Assembly (NCBI GenBank): GCA_964441745.1
Contig: CAYTYR010000016.1
Span: 1-49,043 of the forward strand
Source: an uncultured Clostridia bacterium
Lineage (GTDB): Bacteria > CAYTYR01 > UBA6262
Length of the DNA stretch: 49,043 bases
Reading direction: 5' to 3'
Part shown: positions 29,730 to 39,737 of the stretch, piece by piece
Layout: each line of letters starts with the position of its first letter
How positions within the stretch are numbered: the first letter of the stretch is position 1
The notes under the pieces: model-generated
Databases searched by the model: none
Seen by the model: the letters and a program-made list of their open reading frames with translations, nothing else
What the model was told of the DNA's origin: nothing
Translations under genes and position numbers: made by a program

Positions 29730-30455
29730 CTAACGTAGGAACATCCTGTTCAGCCTTACTTCGTCTGAGATCATATTGCCATCGAACGAGATCAGGAACA
29801 CTACATATTCAGCGACTTCTTTCGGCTCGATAAAAGTCGCGTAATCCTGGTTTTTCGCCAGTTTGCCCATTTCCGTCTTTACCGAAGCCGGAGATACGCA
29901 GTAAGTTCTCACCCCGTGTTCCTTCAGCTCGCTTTGCAGCGCCTTGGAGAATCCCAGCAGGGCATGCTTGGTCAGGCAGTATATCGACGTGTCTTTGAAC
30001 CCGCCGTACGCGGACGAAGAACCGATATTAACGATCCGGCCCCATTTAGCCGCTACCATGTCCCGGCTGAATTCCTTGGCGAAAACAAAAGCGGACCGTA
30101 CGTTGATATTAAAACCGGCAGCCAGGTCATCCAGCGTAGAATCAGCCAGGCTTTTGACCGGGAAAATGCCGGCGCAATTGACCAGGATATCGATCTTGCC
30201 CATCTTGTCCCTGGAAACTTTGATAATATTCTCTATATCGCTGACCTTATTAAGATCGCCGGCGCAGTAAAAAACCCTGCTTTCCCCCGCTCGGCCGGCA
30301 ATTTCCGTTTGCAGACTACCCAGTTTGGCGGAATCCTGGTCAGTAAGGAAAACATTAGCACCGCCGGCCGCCAGCTGCCCGGCAATCTCCCTGCCTATAC
30401 CGCCGGCCGCGCCAGTGATAAAACAATTTTTTGCATTAAGGATCTCTTTATTCAT
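29730..30455 (-). CDS. Classical SDR oxidoreductase
   Basis: TGAAGGIG, NCAG, GSS, YCLTK. Confidence 0.88.
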   Translation of the reverse strand: MNKEILNAKNCFITGAAGGIGREIAGQLAAGGANVFLTDQDSAKLGSLQTEIAGRAGESRVFYCAGDLNKVSDIENIIKVSRDKMGKIDILVNCAGIFPVKSLADSTLDDLAAGFNINVRSAFVFAKEFSRDMVAAKWGRIVNIGSSSAYGGFKDTSIYCLTKHALLGFSKALQSELKEHGVRTYCVSPASVKTEMGKLAKNQDYATFIEPKEVAEYVVFLISFDGNMISDEVRLNRMFLR

Positions 30456-30469
30456 GGCTTGGCCTCTTT

Positions 30470-31540
30470 TTAATTTTTTATACTGAGATTCTCTATGTTA
30501 GCGCACATTTCTGCAAATGCCTTTTGTATGACTTCTAGATTATCGTCTTCCCAAACCAACCTTTGCAGTGGGGTGGCTATTTTAAGTTGGGAATTAAACA
30601 GTATGTTTATCTCCTCATACACGTTGCTGCGAAATACCAGGTAGCGTGTCTGGCGGTTAAAAAAGCATAAGGCCAAAGGGCCATTGGAAATGAACATATT
30701 CAAATAGCTTAATTCATACAAGGCAGACCGGAGTTCGACATTCCAGGATGCTTCCGAGAAGACGACCAATCCCCGCAGTTCAGGCGGCAAGGGTTTAAAT
30801 GCGACTTCCGTATCCCGTAATATTACCGGGCAATAAACATCTTTATTGAGACTCCGGGCAAAATCACTCCAGGCCTTAAGATTACTGTTCCTGCTTTTCT
30901 CGTATAAGCTTTCCCTTAAAGTAATCGTTATCACCTTGCGCCCTTTGGTCTGGGAGCTTAGCCACTCTCCTACAAAACGGCGCGATTGTTCGGTAGCCGC
31001 CAAAGTTGGAAGAATTACTTTCTTATCCGCCAGGGATTCTATTTTTGTCAATTGATACACTGGTATAGGTAAACTAACTGTGTATCCTTTAGGAAAAATG
31101 AATTTTGCCAACGAGGCCTGCACAGCCCGTGCTTCCTCACGACTGGCGCAAATCATGACCTTATTACAGGAAGGCAATTGAGAACAACACGCAACTTCAA
31201 TATTTCTCATTCTCCAGTTCATACTCTTTTCATCATAACTTTGGCTGCCGTGCTTGAGATCGTTATATGCATTGAGATCTCCCTGTCGGAAACCATGATC
31301 GGGCCCCGGGACAATTACCACACTTAAAGATTTGCATCCCAGCTTCTCCCTTTCCACCTCAGCCAGGATGAGAAAAGCTAAAATATCAAAGGTAGCCGGA
31401 GCAACTTTGTGATCCCAGAAAGCATACAAAATATCTGACTGTTTATTATTCCGGCTTAGCAGAGTATCTTTCACATTCCAGGCCCTGGCTAAGATCTGCC
31501 TTTTGGCGAATCTTACTAACCGCGCTACATTCTCACGCAT
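30470..31540 (-). CDS. Uncharacterised protein, putative divergent GT9-like glycosyltransferase; paralogue of 36369..37289
   Basis: WD..APATFD, ITITLR..RNSNLKAW..F and ALYELSYLNMFISNGP motifs have counterparts in 36369..37289. Confidence 0.5.
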   Translation of the reverse strand: MRENVARLVRFAKRQILARAWNVKDTLLSRNNKQSDILYAFWDHKVAPATFDILAFLILAEVEREKLGCKSLSVVIVPGPDHGFRQGDLNAYNDLKHGSQSYDEKSMNWRMRNIEVACCSQLPSCNKVMICASREEARAVQASLAKFIFPKGYTVSLPIPVYQLTKIESLADKKVILPTLAATEQSRRFVGEWLSSQTKGRKVITITLRESLYEKSRNSNLKAWSDFARSLNKDVYCPVILRDTEVAFKPLPPELRGLVVFSEASWNVELRSALYELSYLNMFISNGPLALCFFNRQTRYLVFRSNVYEEINILFNSQLKIATPLQRLVWEDDNLEVIQKAFAEMCANIENLSIKN

Positions 31541-31557
31541 CTTCTTCCACCGCCGCT

Positions 31558-33015
31558 TTAGAGTTCATGATAATCAACGCACCTATCGGGCATGATCATC
31601 TCGCCCGCCCTAGTCCCGGTTATGCCGTTGGTTTTTCTAAATTTGACCCAGATTAAGTACATAAGCGGGAGCACGCAAGAAGTTACCAGTAAATACCCGA
31701 CGGCCATGCCCGTGGCCGAATACCATCTCCCCAGTGTTAAATTGGAAACCGCGATCATCACGCCGGTGAATATTGATAACAGCAACAGCGGTTCCTGCCT
31801 ATGGGCCCTCATATACGCCGACATCGGCTGGGTCAGAGTAGTTAATACCTGGGCCACGGCAAATATCCCGACAGTCAAAGGCGACAAGAGACGCAAAGCA
31901 TAAGGATGTTTCATGATATTCAGCGCATATACCAGCAGCCATCCGCTTACTGATATAACAATGGAGACCAGGGCCGCTATTTTCATCAGCCGCCAGAATA
32001 ACTTATCCAGCTCGGCGTATTTATTTTTAGCGATCAATATCCCGAATTGCGGCACTTTGGGAGCGACCCAGGCGTTAGCGATCGAGGGTATCAGCCCTAC
32101 CGCACTCCAGGTAAGCCCCATCTGGCCGGCCACTACTGCGCCATGGTATTTAAAGAGTACCGGGATAAAAAAGTAAAATACGAAATAACCGGACAAACAA
32201 CTTAAGGCTATCTTCCACTGCATGGGCCAAATCTCATTAAACCAGGATATTTTATCTTTAAGCTTATAGGAGAATATAAGTTCTTTAAAGAACTGCCGGT
32301 ACTTCCTTAAAACAAAAACCATGAAGATCAGCAAACTGGCAGTGCTGGTAAAGGTCAGGGTCCATAAGTTAGCGTGTAATAATATTACCGCCCACAAGGT
32401 CACTTTAATAAAAACACCCTGGTAGAATTGGAAGGTGTACAAATTTGAAACCTGGTTACAGCCTTCCAATACCGTACTTAACGGCAGGGTTAACAACGTT
32501 ATGGCAGTTAGGATACAATAAGAAAACCAGGGCAGTTTCCAGTTAATGACTGGGTCGGGAGATTTGGAAAACATAAAATTTCCCGCCACCATTAAGGCGA
32601 TGAATAACAAAATAGCGCCGATCCCATACCACTTTATAACAAACCGAGTAAGCCCGGCCAGCCGGGAAAGAGCCGTACTGTCGCCCGTTATCCGTCCTGA
32701 AGGATCCAGGCTCAAAAAAGACCATTCGTGGGCGGCGAATTGAATAATGACGATACCTAGCCCCAATTCAACGAAAGTCTGTACAGCCGTTAAGCTTAAG
32801 AATGTATAGTAATACCCCTGCAACTTCGTACTGAATATGGTGACTATCAGGATCCCAGTGACCGGCGCAGTGATCAGTCCGAAAGCCCGCGTCAATATAC
32901 CAAAAAAAACGGGTCTGTCTATATGCGCCCTCTGCATAAGGTGCCGCACCTTGTTTAATAGGGTCCCCTGTGAATTTGTTTTCCCCATACGTGGTTTTCC
33001 TCGGAGATCATTCAC
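31558..33015 (-). CDS. wzx: Wzx-type flippase (MOP superfamily)
   Basis: About 12-14 hydrophobic segments; QGYYY, ELGL, VAGQMG; alternative ATG at 32988. Confidence 0.75.
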   Translation of the reverse strand: MNDLRGKPRMGKTNSQGTLLNKVRHLMQRAHIDRPVFFGILTRAFGLITAPVTGILIVTIFSTKLQGYYYTFLSLTAVQTFVELGLGIVIIQFAAHEWSFLSLDPSGRITGDSTALSRLAGLTRFVIKWYGIGAILLFIALMVAGNFMFSKSPDPVINWKLPWFSYCILTAITLLTLPLSTVLEGCNQVSNLYTFQFYQGVFIKVTLWAVILLHANLWTLTFTSTASLLIFMVFVLRKYRQFFKELIFSYKLKDKISWFNEIWPMQWKIALSCLSGYFVFYFFIPVLFKYHGAVVAGQMGLTWSAVGLIPSIANAWVAPKVPQFGILIAKNKYAELDKLFWRLMKIAALVSIVISVSGWLLVYALNIMKHPYALRLLSPLTVGIFAVAQVLTTLTQPMSAYMRAHRQEPLLLLSIFTGVMIAVSNLTLGRWYSATGMAVGYLLVTSCVLPLMYLIWVKFRKTNGITGTRAGEMIMPDRCVDYHEL

Positions 33016-34054
33016 CAGACATATCCACTATTACTCGGCCGGCTTTTCCCCGGCTCACATTACTGATCGCCTCGTTAATCTCAGCCAATTTGTGACATTG
33101 TATAGCCAGCTTATTCAAATCCAGTTTGCCTTGCAAATACCAATCGACGAATAAGGGTATATCCCTATCGGGCTGCGTCTCTCCTCCCCAGGTACCAATG
33201 ATCCGTTTTCCTTTGATCAGATCAAAGGGGTCGATAGAGATCTGCTCTCCCTGGGGAAGATTACCGGCTATTACGCATATCCCGCCTTTGTCGCGCACCG
33301 ATTTAAAAGCTCTTTCCATTGATTCCTTTTTGCCGGCGCACTCAATAGCGTAATCCAATCCCTTATCGCCAGTGATCTCCATGATCTTCTTTTGCGCGTC
33401 TTCCTTATGGACATTGACGGTATGCGTCGCCCCGAGTTTAACAGCGTTATCCAACTTATCGTTATTTATATCAACCGCGACTATAATGGCGGTGCCATTC
33501 ACTTTGGCCCCAAGCAGGGCACTTAATCCAATGCCACCCATCCCAAAAATACCCACACTGCTCCCCGCCGGGACCTTTAGCGTATTGGTGATAATTCCTA
33601 CGCCTGTCGGAATAGCGCAGCCTAAAAGAGCGGCCTCACGTAAAGGCATCTTCTCTGTTATTTTAACCAACCGATTTTCTGAAATAACGGCTTTCGTCAT
33701 AAAAGTAGAGATCGCCCCGGAGTTCACGACCATCCCGTTTTGTCTTCTATATTGAGTGGCGGGAACATCCATGCCCTTCCCTTTTATCCAGGTAAGCACT
33801 ACGTGATCGCCCGGCTGGACTTTCTTTACCTCCGGGCCCGCCTCAAGCACGATACCCGCGCCTTCATGACCCAGGGTATGTGGCAGAAACTTGTCCTCGC
33901 CTTTAAGACCGCCGATTTCGTTAAGCTGGGTATGGCAGATACCGCTGTAGTCTATCTTTACCAAAACCTGCCCGGGCTTCAGCTCCGGGACCGTCAGTTC
34001 CTCAACCGGGAGAGGACTATTTGTTTTCTCTAATATGGCCGCTAAAGTTTTCAT
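33008..34054 (-). CDS. Zinc-binding (MDR) alcohol dehydrogenase
   Basis: GICHT, LGHEGAG, LLGCAIPTG, GMGGIG; the structural-Zn four-Cys loop is absent. Confidence 0.9.
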   Translation of the reverse strand: MKTLAAILEKTNSPLPVEELTVPELKPGQVLVKIDYSGICHTQLNEIGGLKGEDKFLPHTLGHEGAGIVLEAGPEVKKVQPGDHVVLTWIKGKGMDVPATQYRRQNGMVVNSGAISTFMTKAVISENRLVKITEKMPLREAALLGCAIPTGVGIITNTLKVPAGSSVGIFGMGGIGLSALLGAKVNGTAIIVAVDINNDKLDNAVKLGATHTVNVHKEDAQKKIMEITGDKGLDYAIECAGKKESMERAFKSVRDKGGICVIAGNLPQGEQISIDPFDLIKGKRIIGTWGGETQPDRDIPLFVDWYLQGKLDLNKLAIQCHKLAEINEAISNVSRGKAGRVIVDMSGE

Positions 34055-34068
34055 CTATCAATCTCTCC

Positions 34069-34728
34069 TTAGTCCGCTATAAACCACCAGTAATCGCCGG
34101 TGTAGCCCACTTCCTTAAACAACTTTTTCCAATCATCAACGTGCATCATGGTCTCCGCGGTTAGGACCCATTTAAACAGATTCTCCCGCTCTGTTTCATC
34201 GTGCCAGGCGTCCACGGTTATGTAACTATGTTTCCGGCTGACCCTCTCTACTTCTCGTAAAGCGGTCTTTAGGGAAGCGAGCGGCAAATTATGAATGGAA
34301 TTAATGGAAACGACCAGGTCGAATGATTTATCGGGAAAAGGCAATTTTTCCGCGCTGGCGATCTTCAGGAAAGGTTTTACCGAGTCCATGGCGTGGGCTA
34401 GGGCATATTCACTGACATCAATCCCGGCCACTGTTGACTCCGGCATTAATTCCTTAAAATCATGCAGCATAAAACCTTTGCCGCACCCAATGTCCAGAAT
34501 AGCGGCGTTCTTCGGCAGTTTATAGTGCTCACTCATTCTTTTTACCACGGTTTTCCAGCGGCCGTCATACTTGTATCCGCCATAACCGTACTTACGGTCA
34601 CCGTCAAAAAAATCTTTGCCGAACTGTTTGGCAATGCGGATAACAGCAGGGGTCTTCTCCGCCATTCTTTTGTCATAATCACGCTTTATCTTGGGATAAG
34701 TGCCAAGTAGATTTATTTCCCCTTCCAT
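34069..34728 (-). CDS. Class I SAM methyltransferase (type 11)
   Basis: FFDGDRKYGYGGY, LDIGCGKGF, LPFPDKSFDLV. Confidence 0.87.
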   Translation of the reverse strand: MEGEINLLGTYPKIKRDYDKRMAEKTPAVIRIAKQFGKDFFDGDRKYGYGGYKYDGRWKTVVKRMSEHYKLPKNAAILDIGCGKGFMLHDFKELMPESTVAGIDVSEYALAHAMDSVKPFLKIASAEKLPFPDKSFDLVVSINSIHNLPLASLKTALREVERVSRKHSYITVDAWHDETERENLFKWVLTAETMMHVDDWKKLFKEVGYTGDYWWFIAD

Positions 34729-34738
34729 TTTTCACCTC

Positions 34739-35542
34739 TTAGATAATTGTTCTGAGCTTCCCGCCATTAATATGAAAACATGCACCGGTAATCCAAGTTG
34801 CTTTATCAGAAGATAAAAACAAAACCATGCCAGCTATATCTTCAGCTTCCCCAACCCGTCCCAGAAGAATCTTACCCTCTTCCTCGTCATCAACTATGAT
34901 CTTCGCTTTGGCAAATGAGATATTTTGGAGATCCGCAATATGTTTAACATTTCGGTCCCAAGCCCGGCTATGGACCGGACCAGGGCAAACTACATTAACC
35001 AATATCTTGTCTTTGGCAAACTCATTGGAAAGATACTTGCTCAGATTTATTACGGCTGCTTTGGTTGTAGTATAATGCGGATTATAAAAACCGGGCTGGA
35101 CTCCGGATATTGAAGAAATATTAATAATCCGGGGAGCCACTGACTTTTTTAACCAAGGTAAAGATAATTTAGTAAAATTGACAACAGGCATAACATTACT
35201 CTTAAAAGCGGCCTGCCAATCATCATTCTCCAGCTCCATAAAGCCAGCGTATTTGTCAACACCCCCAACATTGTTAACAAGGATGTCAAGACCTCCAAAT
35301 TCAGTAATAACTTTTTTAATAACAGCCTTAACATTATTAGTGTCAGTAGCATCCGCGGAAATAGCAATTGCTTTCCCACCACTTTTTTCGATCGCTTTCT
35401 TTACTATTAATAATTCTTTCATATGCCTGGCACAGATAGCCACTTTAACACCTTCCTCAGCAAATGCCATAGCAATACCTTTGCCTATCCCTTGGCTACC
35501 CCCGGTTATAAGTGCAACGCGACCATTTAGCCCTAATTTCAT
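34739..35542 (-). CDS. Classical SDR oxidoreductase
   Basis: TGGSQGIG, NNVG, ISS, YTTTK, NVVCPG. Confidence 0.9.
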   Translation of the reverse strand: MKLGLNGRVALITGGSQGIGKGIAMAFAEEGVKVAICARHMKELLIVKKAIEKSGGKAIAISADATDTNNVKAVIKKVITEFGGLDILVNNVGGVDKYAGFMELENDDWQAAFKSNVMPVVNFTKLSLPWLKKSVAPRIINISSISGVQPGFYNPHYTTTKAAVINLSKYLSNEFAKDKILVNVVCPGPVHSRAWDRNVKHIADLQNISFAKAKIIVDDEEEGKILLGRVGEAEDIAGMVLFLSSDKATWITGACFHINGGKLRTII

Positions 35543-36372
35543 TTCTTTTTCACTCCCAGATCTGTATAGTTAAACAACAGGGTGCTTTGTTCCTGCAACA
35601 TGGCAGCCCCGTCTATTACCAGGCAATGGCCCGAAATATAATTCGCTTCAGTCGCGCAAAGAAACAGTACGGCCTTAGATATGTCGTCAGATTTTCCCAC
35701 ATGTCTTACGGGGTTACAAAATTCCGCGACCCGCCGATAACTCTGATTATCCGCGCTTTGATATCGAGCCTGATGCTCATCCTGAACTATAAATCCTGGC
35801 AATACAGCGTTAACGCGGATGCCATATTTCCCGGCATTCACCGCTAAATAATGGGTCATTTGCACCATCCCTGCCTTGGCGATATGATACACCGCTGACT
35901 CCTGGCAAACCAAAAGAGCCCCAATTGAGCCTATATTAACAATATTACCGCCACCGGTCCGGGACATAGAACGAATCGCCTCCTGAGAGGCAAAGAAAGC
36001 AGCTTTCAGCGTCACCGCCATGCCTTGCTCCCAGCTCTCTTCTGTCTCTTCCAAAAAACCGGTGCGCCTGGCGCCGGATCGCGCATTATTGACCAAAATA
36101 TCTATACGGCCGTATTTCTTCACCGTTTTGTCTATCATCTCTTTCGGCGCGTTCTTCTTTTCCAGGTTAATCGCCAGCAATTCGGATCTGAAACCTTCTT
36201 CGCGGAATTCTTTGAGGGTTGCCTTACCGGCCTTCTGATCAATGTCGCAAATAATGAGTCTTGCACCGGCCTGGCCAAAAGCGCGGGCGATGTTCTTACC
36301 GATCCCCCTGGCCGCGCCGGTGACGATCACGACCTTATTCTTAAATTTCAGCTTGTTATTATTACGCATCAT
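35539..36372 (-). CDS. Classical SDR oxidoreductase
   Basis: TGAARGIG, NNA, YHIAK, RVNAVLPG; ATG at 36372 overlaps the upstream stop. Confidence 0.9.
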   Translation of the reverse strand: MMRNNNKLKFKNKVVIVTGAARGIGKNIARAFGQAGARLIICDIDQKAGKATLKEFREEGFRSELLAINLEKKNAPKEMIDKTVKKYGRIDILVNNARSGARRTGFLEETEESWEQGMAVTLKAAFFASQEAIRSMSRTGGGNIVNIGSIGALLVCQESAVYHIAKAGMVQMTHYLAVNAGKYGIRVNAVLPGFIVQDEHQARYQSADNQSYRRVAEFCNPVRHVGKSDDISKAVLFLCATEANYISGHCLVIDGAAMLQEQSTLLFNYTDLGVKKK

Positions 36373-37289
36373 CTTCTTTTCCTTTTCTTTATGGCATAAG
36401 CGCATAACTCAGCCAATTCCCGCAATAATATTCCCGGGGTCTCTGCTTGGCGCAGTAACCTTTGCCCAGATGTGGAGAATAAGAACCGATCCTCCCCGCG
36501 TAATTCCTTTGCCATCTCCTTGGCATGATGATTGGGATTCTTGAAGATCACATACGGATGATTATTAAAAATAGCCATATTGCATGGACCACTTGACATA
36601 CCCATAAAAATAGGTCCGGCCTGGATCAAAGCCAGATCACCGGCCAGATCGCTCCCCAAGAGCCGTGAAAGAATAACATTGGGCAAACCCTTAATAGCCG
36701 CGCTGATCCAGTCTTCTCCGATAAGAATGAATTTCAAGTCCCGTAACATGCCGCAGGTCTTGAAGAATTCGTACCAGACATTCATATTAGCATTACTCTG
36801 CCCTTTAGTATCCGGGTTATTCTTCAGGTGAACTATTACCGGCAGGCACCCGCAAGCGTTGGCGGCAAAGAATCCTCTGGCCCAGACCAGCAGATCCTTC
36901 CGGCATGATAGCGCCGGGATAGACCGGTGCTTTCGATAATAGCGCTGTATATATTCCGTGCTTTCATAGGCCCTGGCGGCGACACTTTTTATTCCCAGTT
37001 TAGGCCAGATCGTAACATAACCCACAGCCGCCTGTCTTCGAGCCCCGGCCAACCCCTCAGTTAAATAGCAGTTCCCCAAATTTTCAAAGCCGGTCAGGGC
37101 TGCCAGCAACGGACCACGTTTAAGATCAACGCTGTCCCCGATAAATATGAGATCATACCTGTCTAAATCATATTTGGTTCTTTGGATTTCCATTTCCTCC
37201 AGGAAGATCAGCAGTCGTCCCAGCGTAACGGGAGAAGCGGACAAATCCCAGACCCCCAGGCCCTTCCTGGCAGCGCTGCGCTCGGTCAT
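36369..37289 (-). CDS. Uncharacterised protein, putative divergent GT9-like glycosyltransferase
   Basis: VIVHLK..SNANMNVW..FILIG and ALIQAGPIFMGMSSGPCNMA resemble the GT9 C-terminal ALI..A.LFIGNDSGPMHLA segment. Confidence 0.5.
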   Translation of the reverse strand: MTERSAARKGLGVWDLSASPVTLGRLLIFLEEMEIQRTKYDLDRYDLIFIGDSVDLKRGPLLAALTGFENLGNCYLTEGLAGARRQAAVGYVTIWPKLGIKSVAARAYESTEYIQRYYRKHRSIPALSCRKDLLVWARGFFAANACGCLPVIVHLKNNPDTKGQSNANMNVWYEFFKTCGMLRDLKFILIGEDWISAAIKGLPNVILSRLLGSDLAGDLALIQAGPIFMGMSSGPCNMAIFNNHPYVIFKNPNHHAKEMAKELRGEDRFLFSTSGQRLLRQAETPGILLRELAELCAYAIKKRKRR

Positions 37290-37306
37290 TTTTCGCTCCT
37301 TTACTA

Positions 37307-37981
37307 CTACCGCTTGATCCCCACCCCGACCGCCAATAGATAATGCGCCATCGGATAGTATCCGGTATGGACCACCTCGTCATTCATAGAAAAAATGAAC
37401 CCATTTACAAAGTGCTTCTTCAATATTTTTTCAAAATCCTTATAACTTTTAAGATTTATATGCCCCTCCTTGCTGCCCGCGGTCGCATATTGCGCCGCAG
37501 TCACATTAGGAGTGCCGATTATGCAAATACCATCCGGCTTCAGGGATTTGCATATATGGGTTAGGAACGCGTTCTCCAAGTCCGGTCTGATGTGTTCGAT
37601 CACGTCCAGGCAAAAGGCGGCATCATATTTATTCGCGGTGCCTCTTTTGGTTATGTCCAGCACGGAAAACGTGCAATTCTTGAAATGCTTAAGCCGCCTG
37701 GCATTATCCGCTAATAGAAGCGGTTCCCAGTCTATCCCGTGAACGGCCCCCACGGTTTGCGCCACCAGCGGCGTTCCCAGCGCGTCTCCACAACCAATCT
37801 CCAGTACTTCCTTTTTGCCTTGCAGCATTTTGGCGCAGAACTTATACCTGGCCAGTAAAAAACAAAGATGTCTGGGATCGTTCTTCCAGATATGGGAGGT
37901 GTACGGCCCCAAAGTAACGGGTTCTTTCCGGTAATTATCAAATTGGATCTGATTCTGCGCTTCCTTACTTTTTGGTCTCAT
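37307..37981 (-). CDS. Class I SAM methyltransferase
   Basis: ARYKF, VLEIGCGD, LDVIEHI, IGTPN, GHIN. Confidence 0.87.
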   Translation of the reverse strand: MRPKSKEAQNQIQFDNYRKEPVTLGPYTSHIWKNDPRHLCFLLARYKFCAKMLQGKKEVLEIGCGDALGTPLVAQTVGAVHGIDWEPLLLADNARRLKHFKNCTFSVLDITKRGTANKYDAAFCLDVIEHIRPDLENAFLTHICKSLKPDGICIIGTPNVTAAQYATAGSKEGHINLKSYKDFEKILKKHFVNGFIFSMNDEVVHTGYYPMAHYLLAVGVGIKR

Positions 37982-38006
37982 GGTCCACTCGCTTTCAGAT
38001 AGATTG

Positions 38007-38927
38007 TTAAAATAGTTCCGCTTTAACCTTTTTTACGATGTTCGCGGCGGTAAATCCCAGGATCTCGCAAATATCGGCGTAGGACCCGTATTCCCGTACG
38101 AACATATCTGGGATAGCGACAAATGAATATTTCACGTCCCCTAATTCCCTGGTAACCCTGACAATCTCATCGCCCAGGCCGCCATACATGCTATGCTCCT
38201 CTATAACTATAACTTTTTTCGTTTTCTTAACGCTCGCCCGCACCAACTCCCGGTCTAAAGGCTTAATGCTGTGTATATATATCACTTCCGCGACGCGGTG
38301 GGCCTTCTCCAGCAACCGGGCAGCTTCCAGGGCGGTTTTCAACTGTGGACCCGTGGCAATAACGGTAATATCTTTACCTTGCTTAACCCTTATACCCTTC
38401 CCCGCTATGATCTGGTGCCGGCTGAAAACATGATCATGTGATACTTTGGGAACGCGAAAATATGAAACCTTCTTGTTATTATACGTTTGTTTGAACAGTT
38501 CATTTAACTCCACCGGTGAAGCCGGAAAAAATATCTGCGTATCGGGTAACGGCTTTAGCAAAGCGAAATCCGTGTAGCAGTGGTGGGTACAGCCGAGGGT
38601 AGAATAGTCAAAAGCGCTGCCGACGGTAATGATGTTAGCGCCCAGCTTTTGGTAACACAGGTCCAGCTTTATTTGTTCATAGGACCGCTCGACGATAAAA
38701 GGCGCTATCGTATGCACCACCGGATAAAAACCCGTAAGCGCCAAGCCGGCCGCCATATTTACAATAGTGGGTTCGCAAATACCGACGTTATAATACCTGC
38801 CCGGACAGGCTTTGGCAAAATCCAGAAGTCTGAAATGGCTGATGTCGCCGACCATAACCACAACATTTTTATCGGCTTTCCCTGTTTCCAGAAGTGTGTC
38901 CGCGAATTCCTGTCTCATGTCTTTCAT
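38007..38927 (-). CDS. Transketolase, C-terminal subunit (pyrimidine-binding + C domain)
   Basis: NVGICE..AAGLA, RSYEQIK, GCTHH, IKPLD, EEHS..GGLG. Confidence 0.9.
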   Translation of the reverse strand: MKDMRQEFADTLLETGKADKNVVVMVGDISHFRLLDFAKACPGRYYNVGICEPTIVNMAAGLALTGFYPVVHTIAPFIVERSYEQIKLDLCYQKLGANIITVGSAFDYSTLGCTHHCYTDFALLKPLPDTQIFFPASPVELNELFKQTYNNKKVSYFRVPKVSHDHVFSRHQIIAGKGIRVKQGKDITVIATGPQLKTALEAARLLEKAHRVAEVIYIHSIKPLDRELVRASVKKTKKVIVIEEHSMYGGLGDEIVRVTRELGDVKYSFVAIPDMFVREYGSYADICEILGFTAANIVKKVKAELF

Positions 38928-39703
38928 TGGGAAAGCTCCTTATAGATCAATGCTAGTTCTTCTTTATTGGGTACCTTATAATGCCAGGGACCGTGTGTCT
39001 CCATGAAACCGACGCCTTTTCCCTTCACCGTATCGGCTACGATGACTTTGGGCTTTGCATTTAAGTTGAACTCCAGGTCCCCGAACACTTTTTCGATATC
39101 TTCCCCGCTATGGCCATTGATCCGGTGCGCCTCCCAACCAAAGGAGCTCCATTTATCAAGCAAGTTGGAAACCGGCAGTACCTGTGAGGCGGAGCCGTTA
39201 TTATCAACAATGCAGCAAAAGTTTCCCAGTTTCAAATTAGCGGCTACCAGGGCGGCTTCCCAGATAGTGCCTTCGTTGCATTCACCGTCACCGACCAGAA
39301 CAAAAACCTTGTTCTTCTTATTCCTTATTTTCAGGCCCAGGGCGATGCCCATGGCCGTTACAATGCCGTGGCCTAATGAACCCGTTGACGCTTCTGCGCC
39401 GGGAACCTTGGTCCTGTCAGGATGCCCGCCCAAAATGGCTCCCTTTTTGCTTTTGTTATCCAGATCGCTCTGCTTTATATATCCGTGCTTCGCCAAAACC
39501 ACATATAGAGCCGCGCAGCCATGCCCCTTGCTCAGAATGAAATAGTCCCGGCCCTCCCATGAGGGTTTGCGTGGATCGAATTTTAAAACTTTATCGTACA
39601 AGTATGCAATTATATCAATAATGGAAAACGCGCTAGGGATATGGCCTTCCCCTGCTTTATATACCATATCCACTATTTTCTTACGCAGGTCCTTGTTCAT
39701 CAT
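38924..39703 (-). CDS. Transketolase, N-terminal ThDP-binding subunit
   Basis: GH, RDYFILSKGH, GHP, STGSLGHG, GDGECNEG..N, TVKGKG..WH. Confidence 0.92.
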   Translation of the reverse strand: MMNKDLRKKIVDMVYKAGEGHIPSAFSIIDIIAYLYDKVLKFDPRKPSWEGRDYFILSKGHGCAALYVVLAKHGYIKQSDLDNKSKKGAILGGHPDRTKVPGAEASTGSLGHGIVTAMGIALGLKIRNKKNKVFVLVGDGECNEGTIWEAALVAANLKLGNFCCIVDNNGSASQVLPVSNLLDKWSSFGWEAHRINGHSGEDIEKVFGDLEFNLNAKPKVIVADTVKGKGVGFMETHGPWHYKVPNKEELALIYKELSQ

Positions 39704-39737
39704 AGTTTAGAGATCCTTTTGGTTATGAAATCAAACG

